64,000 nt of DNA from the human T2T-CHM13v2.0 reference genome, Homo sapiens. The stretch lies in assembly GCF_009914755.1 (NCBI RefSeq), contig NC_060927.1. One strand, written 5' to 3'. Below, piece by piece: positions 11,455 to 28,504 of the stretch. Each line of letters begins with the position of its first letter. The first letter of the stretch is position 1. Under the pieces are notes generated by a model. That model did not search any database. It saw nothing but the letters and a program-made list of their open reading frames with translations, and was not told the origin of the DNA. The position numbers and the translations under genes were made by a program.

Positions 11455-14400
11455 ATTACCCTAACTAGCATTCCCTTCTCTACCGCATTATCTGCGTGGG
11501 GATGTTATCTTTGGCCTGGTGCCTGGTTGTTAACATTTCCCCATCTCTCCCAGTCAGCATCCCTTATCCGCTGCCCTCTGTCTCTCAAATTTCAGATTGC
11601 AGACTGCAGTTTCTGACCCCAAGTTGAAGCCAAAAGCAAATTCATTATCAGCCCTTCATTCAAGGAATTTCACATAATTGTGCAGTCTTTAACTTGTAAC
11701 TGTCAAAAATGTTGCTTTTCTTGAATACATACTATTACACTTTACTACAACCAACCAAGTAAACTCCTGATGTTTTTGAAAATAAGAAAGCTCCGAAATC
11801 CAAAAGCAAATTTAATCTGTCAATTCTACCAGCAGAAACACTAACAGAAGCTTTTATTTTTCACCTCCTTCTTCTTCCTCCTCTTCTTATTTTTCCTCTC
11901 CTTTCCCTCCTTCTTCTTGTTTCAGGCATGAAAAATTACAGATCTATTTTTGCGACAGGATTTACCCTCAAACCTCCACCTCTACCCTACCTGATGTTGC
12001 TGCGAACAGATATTTTTCCAAAAAAACATAGGTAGCCTCATTTGGGCACAGAGACACTGTGGCATCAGATAATATTACTAACTTTCCCAGATCCAGAGCC
12101 AAGGTCCCAGCTTTCCCTAATTACAATCAACCTTTAAGCAAGGCTTATAGAAAGAAAGCAAGAATTAGAATCTGAGAGTGAGTTTTCCTGAATCTTGTGC
12201 TGATAAGGTATAATTTGTCAATGAAATTTCTGTACTAGTCTGATTATTTCTATGTGAGGGAAGATGTAATCATAGTGTCATTCTGCTTCTATTTGCCCAT
12301 TTTCTTGCCCCTGTAGCCTTTGAACTAAAATGACTTTTTTATTCTTATAAATTAAAAACATTCATGTAAACTGATCTCTTCCTAGATCTACTTCTTCTTC
12401 TGTCACTGGATCTGTGTCTCAGATAAAAATGTTTAGAGAAATAAAAATGTTTAGAGAAATTGGAAAAAAATTAAAAACCTTTATTTCATCAAAGACACTA
12501 AACAGGGTTAAGCAAAATAACATGAGCCTTGCAAATATAGGAATTTTTAAGGTCATCCTTGAACTCAAGGCCTTATTCTAAATAATCAAAGGAAAGACTT
12601 CTAGGTGACCTTTTACACAATCTCAGACAACCCTATGCTGTGTAAATAAGGAAAGTAAGGTCTTCTCTAAAGACAAGTGACAGAAACTATTTTGGAACCC
12701 TGGTCTCTGTTATGGGCCACCAGAGATGCCAGCATTTCATATTCTTCTACCTACCTACCAAGGCAGTTAAGATGCTCTATTTATTAATTTTTATTACATA
12801 AATGATAGCCTACAAAGTAAGTCTTTATTTTTAATGACCTTCCCCAAACACTGAGTCTCATAGATTTAAGTAATTTAAAAAAGCTTTTGAAAGGAGAATA
12901 TCAACAGTTAATAAATACTTCCTTAAAAATGCACCCACATTTCTCTTTGTATAGTTGAACATTGTTGTATGACATTGTGACACTCATCTAATTCTCCTCT
13001 ATAAAGTGTTCTTTTCTCTCCCAATAGCAGAGGAAAATGTTTTTGCTCCAAAAGAAGAAACAATATTTGTCCAACCCTGCACCCTCAGCCCTACCTACCT
13101 ATGAACAAGGGCAAGACTGTCTTTAAACAAGACCTGGAACATCAAACAAACCTGATTTCCTATCTCATCTCAAACCTATTATAAATTTAACATTTTGATT
13201 TCTTAATTGTAACAGTACAGGGTTGTACTTTAGGAATCTCTGTATGTAATATTAAGAGACAATTTACTCAGGTGATAGCATTTAAATCTGCATACACCCA
13301 GTACTATCCACTCTACTTTTCATTAAATGTGCATTAACCTAAAACTACCCTAGACTGTAAAAGTATGAGGATTGTGATAACATACCATTAAAGTGACAGT
13401 AAATCAACAGAAACATAACATTAGATTTTTCAGTTCAGTTGCTTTGCAGACTATAAATGTGAACTATTCTTTCATGAAGTTATAGGAATTTTCAGTGAAC
13501 ACAACTGACCTCTCTGGGGGTCTGCCCTTGAATTAGGGAAATTAAAGAAAATTTAGATACAGAGGTAACCATATTTTCATAATGAAAATTAAAGCTGGAA
13601 AAATATCTAATTACAGTTACTAATTTGCAGCAATATTATTTCCTACTGCAATGCACTAAAATGTATCCGTGAGAAGCTAATGAAGTCATTTATTGACGCG
13701 GCCTTCCTTTAAGGCTACTCTGGCTTGTTTACTGTTTCCAAATGCTGCAGTGTTGTTGTGGTTTAAAAATATTTTAAAAAGGGAAAACTGTAATTACCAT
13801 AATTGATTATCTAGCTATAATAGTTTCTACTCCAAAACTTCCTCACAAAGCAACATTGATAAATTTTAAAGACCTGTTTTTTCTTATCTGATTTATATAA
13901 TTTATATTATTCTAAAAATTTTAGTATGCAAGTCATATATATACAATTTAATTAAAAAGTAAAAAATATTATTCACCTTAATACAATCACTGTTTTCATT
14001 TTAATGTATTTGTTTCTCATGCATTACTTATATTTGTACAACATTTTAACCTCTGCATGGCCTTATAGAATTTTGACTTCATTGCATATTCAGCCTTCTG
14101 ATGAGAAATCCTAAGTTAAACATAGTGACAGAGAAATACTTTCTTTGGTTCTCCTGTGGTGTCTTGGAGGAGACAGAATATCTCTGATATTGTGGAAGCT
14201 AGACAATTAAGGAAAACTTTACAGTGAGAGACACCAAAACTCATATGCTGGTGAATTCCATGAACTATTTCATTTAGCAATAATGGCAATAATAAAACAC
14301 ATTTTTGCAGCTCTCTAGAACTTACAGTGGTCCTGTAGAAACCTTTCCAGTTCATTAATACAAAATCCCAATAATGTACTAACTGTCAATGATATACTTT

Positions 14401-14978
14401 GTAAGTGGAAAAAGTAGTCTCCTATCTTCACATGATTTAACCCCAGGAATAGATTGGGGAATTAGCAGCACCAAGCTAGAAGTTAGTATCTTCTCGCTTT
14501 CTTTTCTCCACAAATTCTACACTCCAAGAGTTCATGGTGTGAACACAGGATGTTCCCCTCCACCTGTATGTTTCTGGTCCATGATTTTTATTTAGTACTT
14601 TTTTTCCCCTCCCAGCACATGCAAACATACTTTTTTGTGTATCTACTTAAGCACTATGGACTTTAGTTCCAATCTTTATTATGTGATTTGGAAAGACAGT
14701 CCTGGAGTCTCCGATATATATGGCTTCTCGCAGCTACTTAAAAGTGAATTTAAAAACCCACCTCTCTGCAATCTTTCCAGTATCTGGCATCTAGAAGTTC
14801 ATTTCAGAAAAATAATGTAATAATATCCCAAGTTGACTGAGACAAAAACTGTAAGATTGAATCCCATCAAATGTGCAGTTGAAATCCAATATTGAGCTGA
14901 CTGACTCTAAAATTTTTTTTTAATTGTACTTCTTTTGATTAAAAGACAGCAGGGAATAAAATACCTAGTATACAGTAA

Positions 14979-15360
<382 letters not shown>

Positions 15361-15464
15361 AAGAACAGATTTTAATGCCAGACTAACTATTTCTCATGTA
15401 GTAACTGATCAAATCACAAACAATGTGCTTACATAAGTTATTTTAGTTTCAAAATCAAACTTTG

Positions 15465-15870
<406 letters not shown>

Positions 15871-15899
15871 CTATAAAGCTCTACAAAAATCTGGCTTAT

Positions 15900-16830
15900 G
15901 TTGGCTTCCAAAAATCACTGGCTTTAAATCCCTTATCTTCTGATAAGTAGCTGTGTAGCCTTGGGCGAATTACGGTTTCCATTATAGCATCCTTATCTGT
16001 AAGTAAGATTACCTCCTCAGTGACCTATCTCATTGCAATGGAGGAAAAAAAAAAAAAAGGAAATATGTATGCCAAAATATTTAGAAGGTATTTTTCTCCT
16101 TCCATTTCGCACTTTATTAACTTTAAAATTACATATTAATCATCAATCTTAACCATATGCTCTATTTATTATGAAACACCTTAATCTGCCCATATCAGAA
16201 TCCATATATTTAATATAAGTCATTGAATGACAGGACATCCCAGTTATCAAGGTTTAAAATTTAAAAATATATTTAAATAAATAATATAAATGGTGTACTC
16301 ACTGCTCCTTTTGCCGAATAACATTTCCCCACTTTTCTAGAAAAATCAGCCTTTTTATGTATCCTTCTTCATAATATTGATTTACCCAGAATGCATTTCC
16401 TCTTCTCTTGCTCCAAATAAAGCCCTGCTCATCTTTGAAGCCCCCCGGCCCTCAGTCATCTATCTATCTCTTTCAATTCTAGGTGCATATATTGTCTTAC
16501 TACACCATTTAAATCCCTTCTGTTGCCCTCAAATTATTTGATGTGGGTTAGATTTGTCTCCCCCTTCTATGTTTACTGAGGAGCAATGATTTATATTGCA
16601 CACAGCGTTGGGTGCACTGGTGGTGGAGTTACACAGACATTAGTCAGAATTGGTACTTACTATTATATGGCCTCGGACAGGTTATTCACTTAGTTTTATT
16701 TTCCTTATCTTTAAAATGTCAAATTGTTATTGTGAGTACTAAAAAGTACACAATGCATTTATATAGGGTCTAGCATGTAGTGAGCTCTCAAAAAATGGAA
16801 ATTGCAATATTTATTAAAGTTAATACAGTT
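15900..16830 (+). mobile_element. Cluster of MIR and L2 fragments
   Basis: TAGCTGTGTAGCCTTGGGCGAATT..ATCTGTAA (MIR, ~15950); L2 tail ~16320-16610; MIR ~16620-16820. Confidence 0.55.
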
Positions 16831-19034
16831 CCCTTCCTCTTCCATATCTACCACAGTACTTGCCACATGATTTGTGATCCATACATACCTGTTGTTTAAA
16901 TAACCGCTTTACTAACTATAATGATGAGGTCAATAGTAATGGACATGTTTTAAATTCTTTGTGATATACCAAATTTTTACTCAACAGAATTATGATTGAT
17001 ATTGGTGATATGGTTCACTGCACTACCAAATCTCAATACCACAAATTGCATCCTAATATTTCCGGGTCCCAAAACGCTAATCATTTTTATTGATATTGGC
17101 TCTCTGACATAGTCGAATGTCCCGAACAAACTCAGAAAGCCAGAAAGAGAACTAAAATAAGTATCAAAATCTAGAGATAAGAGAGCTAATGGCTGCTTTA
17201 GTGCCTTCCTGAATTTCCCCCTATTGTGCTATGGATACTTTAAATATAAGTATTTAAATACTTTATGCTTTGAACATGCATTTTCTCCAAGTGCCAAAAG
17301 CCAGAAGTTATCATAATATTCTGTTTAATAAAGAATATCGACATCCTTAAATGACCTTCTGAGATAAAGAATAAATCTAAAACATTACCAATGTAGCAAA
17401 ATCATAATTACCACTGGGTTATCAAAAGATTTAATGGTAAATTTTTAAATGTTCACAATTATGGTGGAGGAGCTTCACTCCTGGAGCTTCACATCCAGAT
17501 GTCAGCATCTGGATTGCTGCTGCAGTTAGTGTATTGCACATTGACAACAGAAAATAGATGTTCACTTTCAATGAAATCAATGAAGAAGCAAGATATTTGG
17601 AAGTAACTCATTTATTCACTAACACTACATTAGTTTCTTTGTTCCCTGTATAATCGTTTTAAAAATCTGTATCAAAATGATTTGCCATTGATATTATTTT
17701 TATATTTTTTCTTATGAAATTTTGAGTTTGCAGAGTTGTCATTCCACTATTATTTTATCTTCACAATAAGCAAGACATTACAAAAGAAGTTCTTTACTAG
17801 AAAGATTTGGGATAGATGGAATTAAATATATAAGCATCACATAGAGTTCTTATTTGGTTTAATGTATAAATTTAATTGTACAAAAAAACTACAAAGATTG
17901 GCATTGATATTTTAATGTATTAAATATTATTTTAATGTATTAATGTAAATATTTCATTCTGTATTAAATTATTATTTAGTTTTATAATCATTAGTTGTTC
18001 AAATAAGAGCTATCTTCTTCTTAATGTTATCCAGCTGATGCTCTCCTATTGTCAATCTATTTCCTGTACATTTAAACATTTGAGTGTTCTCAGTTTATGC
18101 CAATATACAGAGCATTTTCAGAATTATTAATTAGTGCTATATTTGATGATTACAATAAAAACTATGCATACATACTTACCCTGAGTAATAGAATTTTACC
18201 ATATAATGCACATTAAGGTTTAATACAAGGTACAACAAGAATGCTGAACTATATTTGAAAGTAGATACTCATAAATGCAAATATTAATAATAAATCCCAG
18301 TGACATACTTTGTATAAACTGCTGACATTGTCATGATGCTTATATATGATAATAACCAATGTAGTCATGTGATTATTGATTGTGCAAAGTTCAAGAATTT
18401 CAGAATTGAAATTTAAATGAGCCTTGGACTTTCCAAAACTCAAAGATGATACCTAATACCAGATTTTGGCTGAAAATTTAACATTCATGTATTATTCATA
18501 TACTTTATGCATATATATATATATATGCACAAATGTCTATATAATAGATGCACATCACTGAACATAAACCATACGATATATACAGCTTTATATCTTTTTT
18601 TAGTTACCATATTATATTTTATTGGTTTATTAAGTATTATTTTAAGAATTGTACAATATTCCAATATCCACCTATTTCAAATTTATTAACAATTCCCTTA
18701 TTACTGAACTTCTCCAAAATTTCTTATTGTTAACACATATTACTTTAACATTTAAAAAGACAAAAATATTTTTAAAAACCATATTAACAAAACATGAACT
18801 CAGATATTTACTAAAGCCAAAACTTTACATCTAAAAGTTAAACGATTAATTGAATTAAGAAAAAAACTTTAAAAACTTACATATGTGTGTGTATGTGTAT
18901 AGTCACCATAGAGGGTGAATAAAACAGAGAAGTTTAGTATCAATTCTGTTTTCAGTTCTTAATCCTTTTTTCATATTGCCACCTTAAAATTCTGATTTAA
19001 AAAATCTTTACAGTTAGTGCTGATATTAACATTT

Positions 19035-19385
19035 GCTATTTATTTACTCACAAACATAAAGATTTATTTGCTGAGCGAATATTTATTTGAGAACCTATTA
19101 TGTCCCAAGTCTTCTTCTGGGTGTTGGGGGTATAACTGTGAACAAAACAGAAAAAAACCTTCTCTCATGAATTTCAAGTTCAGTCATTAACATGTGAAGC
19201 AAGATCTTAAGGAAATAATGGAACAAGCCATGTGGTTATCTAAAGGAATGGTAGTGTAGGGAGCAACAGATGCAAAAGCCCTGAGGCATGCCAGGAATTT
19301 TTTAACAAGTGACCCAGTGTGGCTGGAGCCGTGTGAGTGAGGAGAAGAGCAGTAGAAGAGAGAAACAGGAGATCATATAATTGTC
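19035..19385 (-). mobile_element. L2 3' end
   Basis: AATATTTATTTGAGAACCTATTATGTCCCAAG...GTGAACAAAACAG...TGCAAAAGCCCTGAGGCA. Confidence 0.75.
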
Positions 19386-20019
19386 AATTACTTGAAGGCT
19401 TATCAGAAACATTCACTAAAGTTTACAAATTTTATTTTATTTAAATATTTCCAATTTACACAAGAAAGAAACTCCTAAAATTTCAAGAATATATGTAAAA
19501 TACCAAGGTCATTTGATAAGTAAGTAGCCTGAAAATAGGAGCAAAGACACCACCTTATTGTTACAGAGCAGGGATGGTAGACAAGGCTCTGCCCACTGCC
19601 TTCATTCCTACAGTAGAAGGGGAGGGAAGAGCATTTTTTCATGGTGATTGTATGAAATAGAAAAAGGGATGGTGAACATGCTTCTGTCCTTCTGGGGCAC
19701 CTTTCTCTGGTACGTTGTCTAGAGAGAATGCTTTTCATGGGGTTTTATTTATCCACACACATTAGCTTTTCTGGATTTTTAGGCTTCTCTAGCACCTAGA
19801 CTTGGATATATAGAAAGGAAGACAACTTCAGGGGTACTCACCAGAGTGATATTCTTCAAGTTTCAGTGTCCCTAATCCACTTGGCTTCTTCCTTCTTTCA
19901 GATTCTTTGTTTGTTGCCTTATAAATTTTATGTAGGGTTTTTTTGTGTTGTAGATATTGGGAGAATTAGGGTCAAATGCATTTGCTCCATCTGGTTTGGA
20001 CACAAATGCTTCCTTTAAA

Positions 20020-21125
20020 ACTAAGATATAAAGTAAATTTAATTGAAAAGAGTAGTCTTTTCAACAGGGAATATTGATATCTATATGCAAAGGAAATCAT
20101 CTTTGATTTGAATCTCACATCAGATGCAAAAATGCATCTGATGTGAGATCTAAATGGAAAACTATAAAATCATGAAACTTTTAAAGAAAAGGTAGGAGAA
20201 AATCTTCACGAACTAAGCTTAGACAAAGTGTTTAGACATAACACTAAAGCAAGATCCACAAAAGAAACAACTGATAAGTCTAACTTAATCAAAATTAAAA
20301 TAGTTTTGCTCTATAAAATCACTATTAGTTGAATGAAAAACAAGCTACAGACTAGTAGAAAATACTTGTGGATCACTATTTAACAAAGGCCTTATAAACA
20401 GGACATATAAAGAGCTTTCCAAATTTAAAAGTAAGAAAATAAACTACCCTAAAGAATAGAAGACTTGAAGAGACTGCCAAAGAGAATGTACAGACAAAAA
20501 ATGAGCACCTTTGAAAAAATGTTCAACATCTTTAGCCATTAGAAATATGAATATTAAAACCACAATGTGCAATTACTACACATATATCAAAATACAAAAT
20601 TAAAAGCAATAATGATAGCACTGTGTTTGGATTAAGATGTGAACTAATGGGATCACTCACATATTGCTGGTGGGAATGTAAAATGGCACCATTCTAGAAA
20701 ATAATGTTATAGCTTCTTACAAACTAAATATGCTCTTAGCAGTTGAACTTTTGGTCATTTATTTCAGAGATATAAAAACTCATGTTAAAACAAATGCTGA
20801 TAGCATCTTTATTCATAATAGGCCAAAACAAAAAAAAACCATTTGTTTTGTAATGAATAGTTAAACAATCTGTTGTACAAACATATCATAGAAAAATACT
20901 CAGCCATAATGAGGAAAGAACTATTGATACACAGAACTACCTGGATGGATCTCAGGGAACTAAATGAAAATAAAAACAATCTCAAAATTTTACATACAAA
21001 ATTAATGCATTTATATTACATTCTTGAAATGAAAAAATACAAAGATTATAGAGAGATTAGTGTTTGCCAGGGATTAGAGCGCACAGGAGGAAAGAATGTA
21101 ACTGTGGCTCTAGAAGGGTAACTAC
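20020..21125 (+). mobile_element. Old LINE-1 (L1MC/MD-like) ORF2 end and 3' region
   Basis: AGTCTTTTCAAC...ATCAAAATTAAAA...TTGCTGGTGGGAATGTAAAATGG...CCTGGATGGATCTCAGG. Confidence 0.8.
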
Positions 21126-21239
21126 TATCAGTATTTTGCTAAAAGAGTGTGTCTCTCTTTAAATCAATTAGACATTTTCATAGTTCTGAAGAGCTGGATT
21201 TTTGTGAATTTTCTCTAACAAAACTGCTATGTAAAGGAG

Positions 21240-21830
21240 GTTACACTTTATTCTGAAACATAAAATTAAATCAAAAGGATTCCCAATGGCTACCTATAAA
21301 GATTGTATTGCTGTAATAACTAAGCTAAACAGAAACTACATTTCTGAGAATTCCATTCCCTTTGTGGTAGAACTGACCATGAAAGAAACTACATGACATT
21401 TAGAAAGGGAAAGTGAAGCAGCCTCCACGTTTATACTTCAAAGGTCAGTGTAGTGTAAGGCTCTGTTGTAGGTCAAGTACATTATCTGAGATTTTCTGAA
21501 AGAGTGACCAACCTTTCTGGTTCAGTTGAGACTGTACCGTTTTAGTACTGAAAGTCCCTCATCTCAGGAAACTCCTCAGTTCCAAGTAAATCAATACAAT
21601 TATTTACCTATGTTCTCCACAATTTCAAGGCCATCTTTTCTTTAGTATTGACTGTCCTGCTACCTGCACAGCTGCCTACACAAGCCCAGCAACATACAGG
21701 CCCGACAACAAACTTGGAAGCAATTATAGTAAAGTGCCTAATCAATCCCACACTGTATTATGTCAAATTCCTATAATAAACCCTTTACTCCGTATCACTT
21801 ATCTTCTCTGCTCAAACAACAACTAATACT
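21240..21830 (+). mobile_element. Old ERVL-type LTR hosting a MER81
   Basis: Ends in CAAATTCCTATAATAAACCCTTTACTCCGTATCAC...CTAATAC, an ERVL LTR-like polyA signal and terminus; subfamily not determined. Confidence 0.45.
21501..21611 (+). mobile_element. MER81 hAT-Blackjack MITE
   Basis: GTGACCAACC...GACTGTACCGTTTTAGTACTGAAAGTCCC...GGAAACTCCTCAGT matches remembered MER81. Confidence 0.7.
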
Positions 21831-22819
21831 TCAATGGTTTTGTTTACTGTCATCATCTTGAGGACAAACATGGATAGTTATTTTAGCAGTAATAATAATT
21901 ACTCCTTACATTGGTATAATATTGTATATTTACTAATTACTTACAAGCACATTAATCTATTTGTTGTAATAATTGGAAAGAAAGCAGAATTGATTTTAAT
22001 ATATCCATTATTTATAAGCATGTGGAATATAGCCTTGCTTTTTTTGTTTTTAATAATTTCTCCTCTCTAGAAGGTAATTAACATAGCCATTTACCCAGAC
22101 ATTTAGAATATATCATCTCTTCTAGCATATTTTAAGAAGTCAGTGTGTGCAAAATATACAGAGGTAATCAAGTTATGGATAATCAACTTATGTTAAAGAG
22201 TACAGCTTCTGGCTTAGCAGTTAATTTCTTCATTCCAGCTTACATGAATCCCAATCCAAGTTGACTAGTAAGTTTAAGTACCCAAGTAAAAGTTGTGTTT
22301 TTTTTAATTGAGTCTGACTATGAGTCAATAGACTCACAGGATTCATATGTTTGCATTAAATGTTTTTTCTTAGGCATTTACAGGACATCTAACTGGGATT
22401 TCTATTATACATTTTTATAACGCTTAACTAACAGTACTATTCAATTTCACTTTTTTTCTTTTTGGTTCCTCCTTTGACCTGGACTGTGTTTCTAGATATC
22501 ACTGCCTAGGTCAAATTGCATCAACCTCCTTAAACTCAAGCTCTCTCCCATGAGTTCTACAGTTTATCTTATGATGTCTGTCTTTTCCCATATACACACT
22601 AGTGATTTTTGGTCTCAGTTCACATACGCTTTACTTAAAGCCAGAATAAAGAAGAAATATTATGTGCTTGTTTCAACAGATATAGAAAATAATTTGATAA
22701 ATATATATTTTAAAAAAACTTTCCTTAAAAAGAAATTTTCTCTCTGGAATTAGATTTAGAAAAGGAAGATAGCTATTTCTGTTTCATACTGTATTAGAGG
22801 TTATTAGCCAAACCAAAGA

Positions 22820-23350
22820 GGTAAAAGTAACAAGAAAAAAAAGACATAAGACTATGATTATTTGCAGGCTATATAATTATGATTACCTCCATAAAGCTAT
22901 CAAAGTTATCAAAAAACAACAAACTATTTGAAGCAAAAAGTAAACTTAGCAATGTTAATAGGTGTAAAGTAACTGAGCAAAATCAGTTATATTTCTATAT
23001 AACATCAACATAAACTTAAAAATAAAACTTGAGAAAAGTATTATTTATGAATATTATAAAAAACATTAAATGCATTAAATTAAATTAAACATTAAATTTT
23101 ACAAAATGATCAACTGAAAAATATAAAATGTTATTCACAGAAATTAAAGAATACCTTCAGTAGACAAACATACTATTTTTATGGATTAGAAGACTCAATA
23201 TCTTGAAGATGTTAATCATTCTCAAATGGGTCCATAAATTGAATGCAATGAAAATCATAGAAAGTTTTGTATCACGTCTGTGTGTTTGTGTGTGTGGGTG
23301 TGTGTACACATATGTTTGAGTATAGAAATAAGCAAACAGATTATGAAATT
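22820..23350 (+). mobile_element. Old L1M ORF2 fragment with (TG)n at ~23279-23305
   Basis: ATGGATTAGAAGACTCAATATCTTGAAGATG...AATGCAAT. Confidence 0.65.
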
Positions 23351-24534
23351 TTTATGCCTCCAGCTCCATCCATGTTCCTGCAAAGAATATGATCTTGGTT
23401 TTTCCTTTTTTTGACTGCATAGTATTCCATTCTGTATTTGTAGTACATTTAATTCTACCATTAATGGGCATTTAGGTTGATTCTGTGTCTTTGCTATTGT
23501 GAATAATGAACCTAAATGTACATATGTCTTTTTGGTACAATGATTTATATTACTTTGGGTATATACCCAGTAATCGGATTGCTGGGTTGAATGGTAGTTC
23601 TGTTTTTAGGTCTTTGATGAATCACCACACTGATTTCCACAATGTTGACCTAATTTGAACTCCCACCAACAGTGTATAAGCATTTCTTTTTCTCTGTCAC
23701 CTTGCCCACCTGTGCTATTTTTTGACTTTCTAATAATAGCCATTCTGACTCGTGTGAGATGGTATCCTATTGTGGTTTTGATTTGCATTTTTCTAATGAT
23801 CAGTAATGTTGAGGTTTTCTTCATATGCTTTATTGGCCACATGCATGTCTTCTTTAGAAAATGTCTGTTCATATCCTTTGCCCACTTGTTAATGGTGTTT
23901 TTTTCTTGTAAATTTGTTCAACTTCCTCATAAACACTGGATATGATATATTTGTCAGAGGCATAGTTTTCAAATATTTTCTCTCATTCTGTAAGTTGTCT
24001 GTTAATAGTTTATTTTAATGTGCAGAACTCTTAAGTTTAATTTGATTCTATTTGTAAGTTTTTGTTTTGTTGCAATTGCTTTTGGTGTTTTCTTAATGAA
24101 ATCTTTGCATGTGTCCATGTCCTGAATAGTATTGCCTACGTTGTCAATCAAAGTTTTGATAGTTTTCGGTTTTACCTTGGAGCCTTTAATCCATCTTGAG
24201 TTGATTTTTGTATACGATGTGAGGAAGGAGTCCAGTTTCAATCTTCTGCATATGGCTAGCCAGTTACAACAGCTTTATTTATTTAATAGGGATTCATTTC
24301 CCCATTGCTTGTTTTTCTCAGCTTTGTCAAAGATCAGGTGGTCAAAAGTGTGTGGCCTTATTTCTGGGTACCCTATTCTGTTCCATTGGCCTATGTGTCT
24401 GTTTTTGTACCAGTACCATGATGTTTTGGTTACTGTAGCCCTATAGTATAGTTTGAAGACAGGTAGCATGATGCCTCCAACTTTGTTCTTTTTAATTAGC
24501 ATTGCCTTGGCTACTTGGGCTCTTTTTTGGTTCT

Positions 24535-28121
<3,587 letters not shown>

Positions 28122-28140
28122 GCTCCTTTTTGGTTCTGTA

Positions 28141-28504
28141 TGATGTAATTTGGCTCTGTGTCACCACCCAAATCTCATATTATAGCTCCCATAATTCCCA
28201 TGTGTTGTGGGAGGGACCCGGTGGGAGACAACTGAATTATGGGAGTGGGTCTTTTCCATGCTGTTCTTGTGATAGTTAATGGGTCTCATGAGATCTCATG
28301 GCTTCAAAAATGGGAGTTGTCCTGCACAAGCTCTATTTGCTTGCTGCCATCCATGTAAGATGTGATTTACTCCTTCTTGCCTTCTGCCATGATTGTGAGG
28401 CTTCCCCAGATGCTTGGAACTGTAACTCCATTAAACCTCTTTCTCTTGTAAATTGCCCAGTCTTGGGTATGTCTTTATCAGCAGTGTGAAAACAGACTAA
28501 TACA
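28141..28504 (+). mobile_element. THE1 (THE1B-like) MaLR solo LTR
   Basis: TGATGTAATTTGGCTCTGTGTCACCACCCAAATCTCAT...ATTAAACCTCTTT...CAGACTAATACA; 5-bp flanks CTGTA / CCATA. Confidence 0.93.

Noticed and set aside
17248-17263. 16-bp palindrome AAGTATTTAAATACTT
   Set aside because: Short and very AT-rich; compatible with chance.
17469-17514. GGAGCTTCAC direct repeat and 9-bp stem ATCCAGATG/CATCTGGAT
   Set aside because: A 9-bp stem is expected by chance in 64 kb, and no exon frame is supported.
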